Assembly: GCA_964016885.1 (NCBI GenBank)
Contig: OZ024744.1
Location: 113,088,001-113,152,000 of the forward strand
Direction: 5' to 3'
Source: Eledone cirrhosa
Taxonomy: Eukaryota
Length of the DNA: 64,000 nucleotides
The notes beneath the pieces are model-generated. The model saw only the letters and a list, made by a program, of their open reading frames with translations. It was not told where the DNA came from and searched no databases. Shown here in pieces: positions 60,166 to 64,000 of the stretch (positions are counted from its first letter, which is position 1; each line of letters starts with the position of its first letter). Position numbers and translations under genes: made by a program.

Positions 60166-63100
60166 ACTGCAGTGTTAGACATAGTTAAGACAGTCATATA
60201 TGTTAATGAAACACTTCAATGGTGAAGTCACTGCAGTGTTAGATGTAGTTAAGACAGTCATATATGTTAATGAGAGACTTCAATGGTGAAGTCACTGCAG
60301 TGTTAGATGTAGTTAAGACTGTCATATATCCTAATGAGAGACTTCAATGGTGAAGTCACTGCAGTGTTAGACATAGTTAAGAGTCATATATGTTAATGAA
60401 ACACTTCAATGGTGAAGTCACTGCAGTGTTAGACATAGTTAAGACTGTCATATATGTTAATGAAACACTTCAATGGTGAAGTCACTGCAGTGTTAGACAT
60501 AGTTAAGTGTCATATATCCTAATGAGAGACTTCAATGGTGAAGTCGCTGCAGTGTTAGACATAGTTAAGACTGTCATATATCCTAATGAGAGACTTCAAT
60601 GGTGAAGTCACTGCAGTGTTAGACATAGTTAAGACTGTCATATATCTTAATGAGAGACTTCAATGGTGAAGTCACTGCAGTGTTAGACATAGTTAAGACT
60701 GTCATATATCCTAATGAGAGACTTCAATGGTGAAGTCACTGCAGTGTTAGATGTAGTTAAGACTGTCATATATGTTAATGAAACACTTTAATGGTGAAGT
60801 CACTGCAGTGTTAGTCATAGTTAAGACAGTCATATATGTTAATGAAACACTTTAATGGTGAAGTCACTGCAGTGTTAGTCATAGTTAAGACAGTCATATA
60901 TGTTAATGAAACACTTCAATAGTGAAGTCACTGCAGTGTTAGATGTAGTTAAGACAGTCATATATGTTAATGAGAGACTTCAATGGTGAAGTCACTGCAG
61001 TGTTAGACATAGTTAAGACTGTCATATATCCTAATGAGAGACTTCAATGGTGAAGTCACTGCAGTGTTAGATGTTGTTAAGACTGTCATATATCCTAATG
61101 AGATACTTCAATGGTGAAGTCACTGCAGTGTTAGTCATAGTTAAGACTGTCATATATGTTAATGAGAGACTTCAATGGTGAAGTCACTGCAGTGTTAGAT
61201 GTAGTTAAGACAGTCATATATGTTAATGAAACACTTTAATGGTGAAGTCACTGCAGTGTTAGACATAGTTAAGACAGTCATATATCCTAATGAGAGACTT
61301 CAATGGTGAAGTCACTGCAGTGTTAGATGTAGTTAAGACTGTCATATATCCTAATGAGAGACTTCAATGGTGAAGTCACTGCAGTGTTAGACATAGTTAA
61401 GACTGTCATATATCCTAATGAGAGACTTCAATGGTGAAGTCACTGCAGTGTTAGACATAGTTAAGACTGTCATATATCCTAATGAGAGACTTCAATGGTG
61501 AAGTCACTGCAGTGTTAGACATAGTTAAGACTGTCATATATCTTAATGAGAGACTTCAATGGTGAAGTCACTGCAGTGTTAGATGTAGTTAAGACAGTCA
61601 TATATGTTAATGAAACACTTTAATGGTGAAGTCACTGCAGTGTTAGACATAGTTAAGACAGTCATATATCCTAATGAGAGACTTCAATGGTGAAGTCACT
61701 GCAGTGTTAGATGTAGTTAAGACTGTCATATATCCTAATGAGAGACTTCAATGGTGAAGTCACTGCAGTGTTAGACATAGTTAAGACTGTCATATATCCT
61801 AATGAGAGACTTCAATGGTGAAGTCACTGCAGTGTTAGACATAGTTAAGACTGTCATATATCCTAATGAGAGACTTCAATGGTGAAGTCACTGCAGTGTT
61901 AGACATAGTTAAGACTGTCATATATCTTAATGAGAGACTTCAATGGTGAAGTCACTGCAGTGTTAGACATAGTTAAGACTGTCATATATCCTAATGAGAG
62001 ACTTCAATGGTGAAGTCACTGCAGTGTTAGATGTAGTTAAGACTGTCATATATGTTAATGAAACACTTTAATGGTGAAGTCACTGCAGTGTTAGTCATAG
62101 TTAAGACAGTCATATATGTTAATGAAACACTTTAATGGTGAAGTCACTGCAGTGTTAGTCATAGTTAAGACAGTCATATATGTTAATGAAACACTTCAAT
62201 AGTGAAGTCACTGCAGTGTTAGATGTAGTTAAGACAGTCATATATGTTAATGAGAGACTTCAATGGTGAAGTCACTGCAGTGTTAGACATAGTTAAGACT
62301 GTCATATATCCTAATGAGAGACTTCAATGGTGAAGTCACTGCAGTGTTAGATGTTGTTAAGACTGTCATATATCCTAATGAGATACTTCAATGGTGAAGT
62401 CACTGCAGTGTTAGTCATAGTTAAGACTGTCATATATGTTAATGAGAGACTTCAATGGTGAAGTCACTGCAGTGTTAGATGTAGTTAAGACAGTCATATA
62501 TGTTAATGAAACACTTTAATGGTGAAGTCACTGCAGTGTTAGACATAGTTAAGACAGTCATATATCCTAATGAGAGACTTCAATGGTGAAGTCACTGCAG
62601 TGTTAGATGTAGTTAAGACTGTCATATATCCTAATGAGAGACTTCAATGGTGAAGTCACTGCAGTGTTAGACATAGTTAAGACTGTCATATATCCTAATG
62701 AGAGACTTCAATGGTGAAGTCACTGCAGTGTTAGATGTAGTTAAGACTGTCATATATCCTAATGAGAGACTTCAATGGTGAAGTCACTGCAGTGTTAGAC
62801 ATAGTTAAGACAGTCATATATGTTAATGAGAGACTTCAATGGTGAAGTCACTGCAGTGTTAGACATAGTTAAGACAGTCATATATCCTAATGAGAGACTT
62901 CAATGGTGAAGTCACTGCAGTGTTAGACATAGTTAAGACTGTCATATATCCTAATGAGAGACTTCAATGGTGAAGTCACTGCAGTGTTAGACATAGTTAA
63001 GACTGTCATATATCCTAATGAGAGACTTCAATGGTGAAGTCACTGCAGTGTTAGACATAGTTAAGACTGTCATATATCCTAATGAGAGACTTCAATGGTG

Positions 63101-64000
63101 AAGTCACTGCAGTGTTAGACATAGTTAAGACTGTCATATATCCTAATGAGAGACTTCAATGGTGAAGTCACTGCAGTGTTAGATGTAGTTAAGACAGTCA
63201 TATATGTTAATGAGAGACTTCAATGGTGAAGTCACTGCAGTGTTAGACATAGTTAAGACTGTCATATATCCTAATGAGAGACTTCAATGGTGAAGTCACT
63301 GCAGTGTTAGACATAGTTAAGACTGTCATATATCCTAATGAGAGACTTCAATGGTGAAGTCACTGCAGTGTTAGACATAGTTAAGACTGTCATATATCCT
63401 AATGAGAGACTTCAATGGTGAAGTCACTGCAGTGTTAGATGTAGTTAAGACTGTCATATATCCTAATGAGAGACTTCAATGGTGAAGTCACTGCAGTGTT
63501 AGACATAGTTAAGACTGTCATATATCCTAATGAGAGACTTCAATGGTGAAGTCACTGCAGTGTTAGATGTAGTTAAGACTGTCATATATCCTAATGAGAG
63601 ACTTCAATGGTGAAGTCACTGCAGTGTTAGACATAGTTAAGACTGTCATATATCCTAATGAGAGACTTCAATGGTGAAGTCACTGCAGTGTTAGATGTAG
63701 TTAAGACTGTCATATATCCTAATGAGAGACTTCAATGGTGAAGTCACTGCAGTGTTAGACATAGTTAAGACAGTCATATATGTTAATGAGAGACTTCAAT
63801 GGTGAAGTTACTGCAGTGTTAGACATAGTTAAGACAGTCATATATGTTAATGAAACACTTTAATGGTGAAGTCACTGCAGTGTTAGTCATAGTTAAGACA
63901 GTCATATATGTTAATGAAACACTTCAATAGTGAAGTCACTGCAGTGTTAGATGTAGTTAAGACAGTCATATATGTTAATGAGAGACTTCAATGGTGAAGT
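60099..64000. repeat. 64-bp tandem satellite, at least 61 copies, running off the window
   Basis: Unit GTCACTGCAGTGTTAGACATAGTTAAGACTGTCATATATCCTAATGAGAGACTTCAATGGTGAA. Confidence 0.97.

Overview
This is repeat-dense animal DNA. The TA/TACA microsatellite load and the SINE and RTE families suggest a coleoid cephalopod such as octopus, which is an inference. One host gene is recoverable: seven GT-AG exons on the minus strand (58889 to 37737) splice in frame into the C-terminal AAA half of spastin, and its 5' exons lie beyond the window. The rest comprises a full-length but disrupted CsRn1-type Ty3/Gypsy LTR element (927-6864), several RTE LINE subfamilies whose RT carries an inserted PHD-like finger, tRNA-derived SINEs, an Hsmar2-like mariner, many Penelope-like (PLE) remnants and several satellites. 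The strongest signal missing from the ORF track is a set of minimal type I hammerhead ribozymes from at least five unrelated sequence families. Most sit in fold-back or palindromic PLE/retrozyme-like insertions, and two intact ones lie on the spastin sense strand inside introns. Other notable items are a 37-nt tRNA-Trp primer site, PBS relics inside the LTRs, a LINE 3' UTR that doubles as a SINE, and satellites derived from LINE coding sequence. All structures were read by eye; no searches or folding programs were run.
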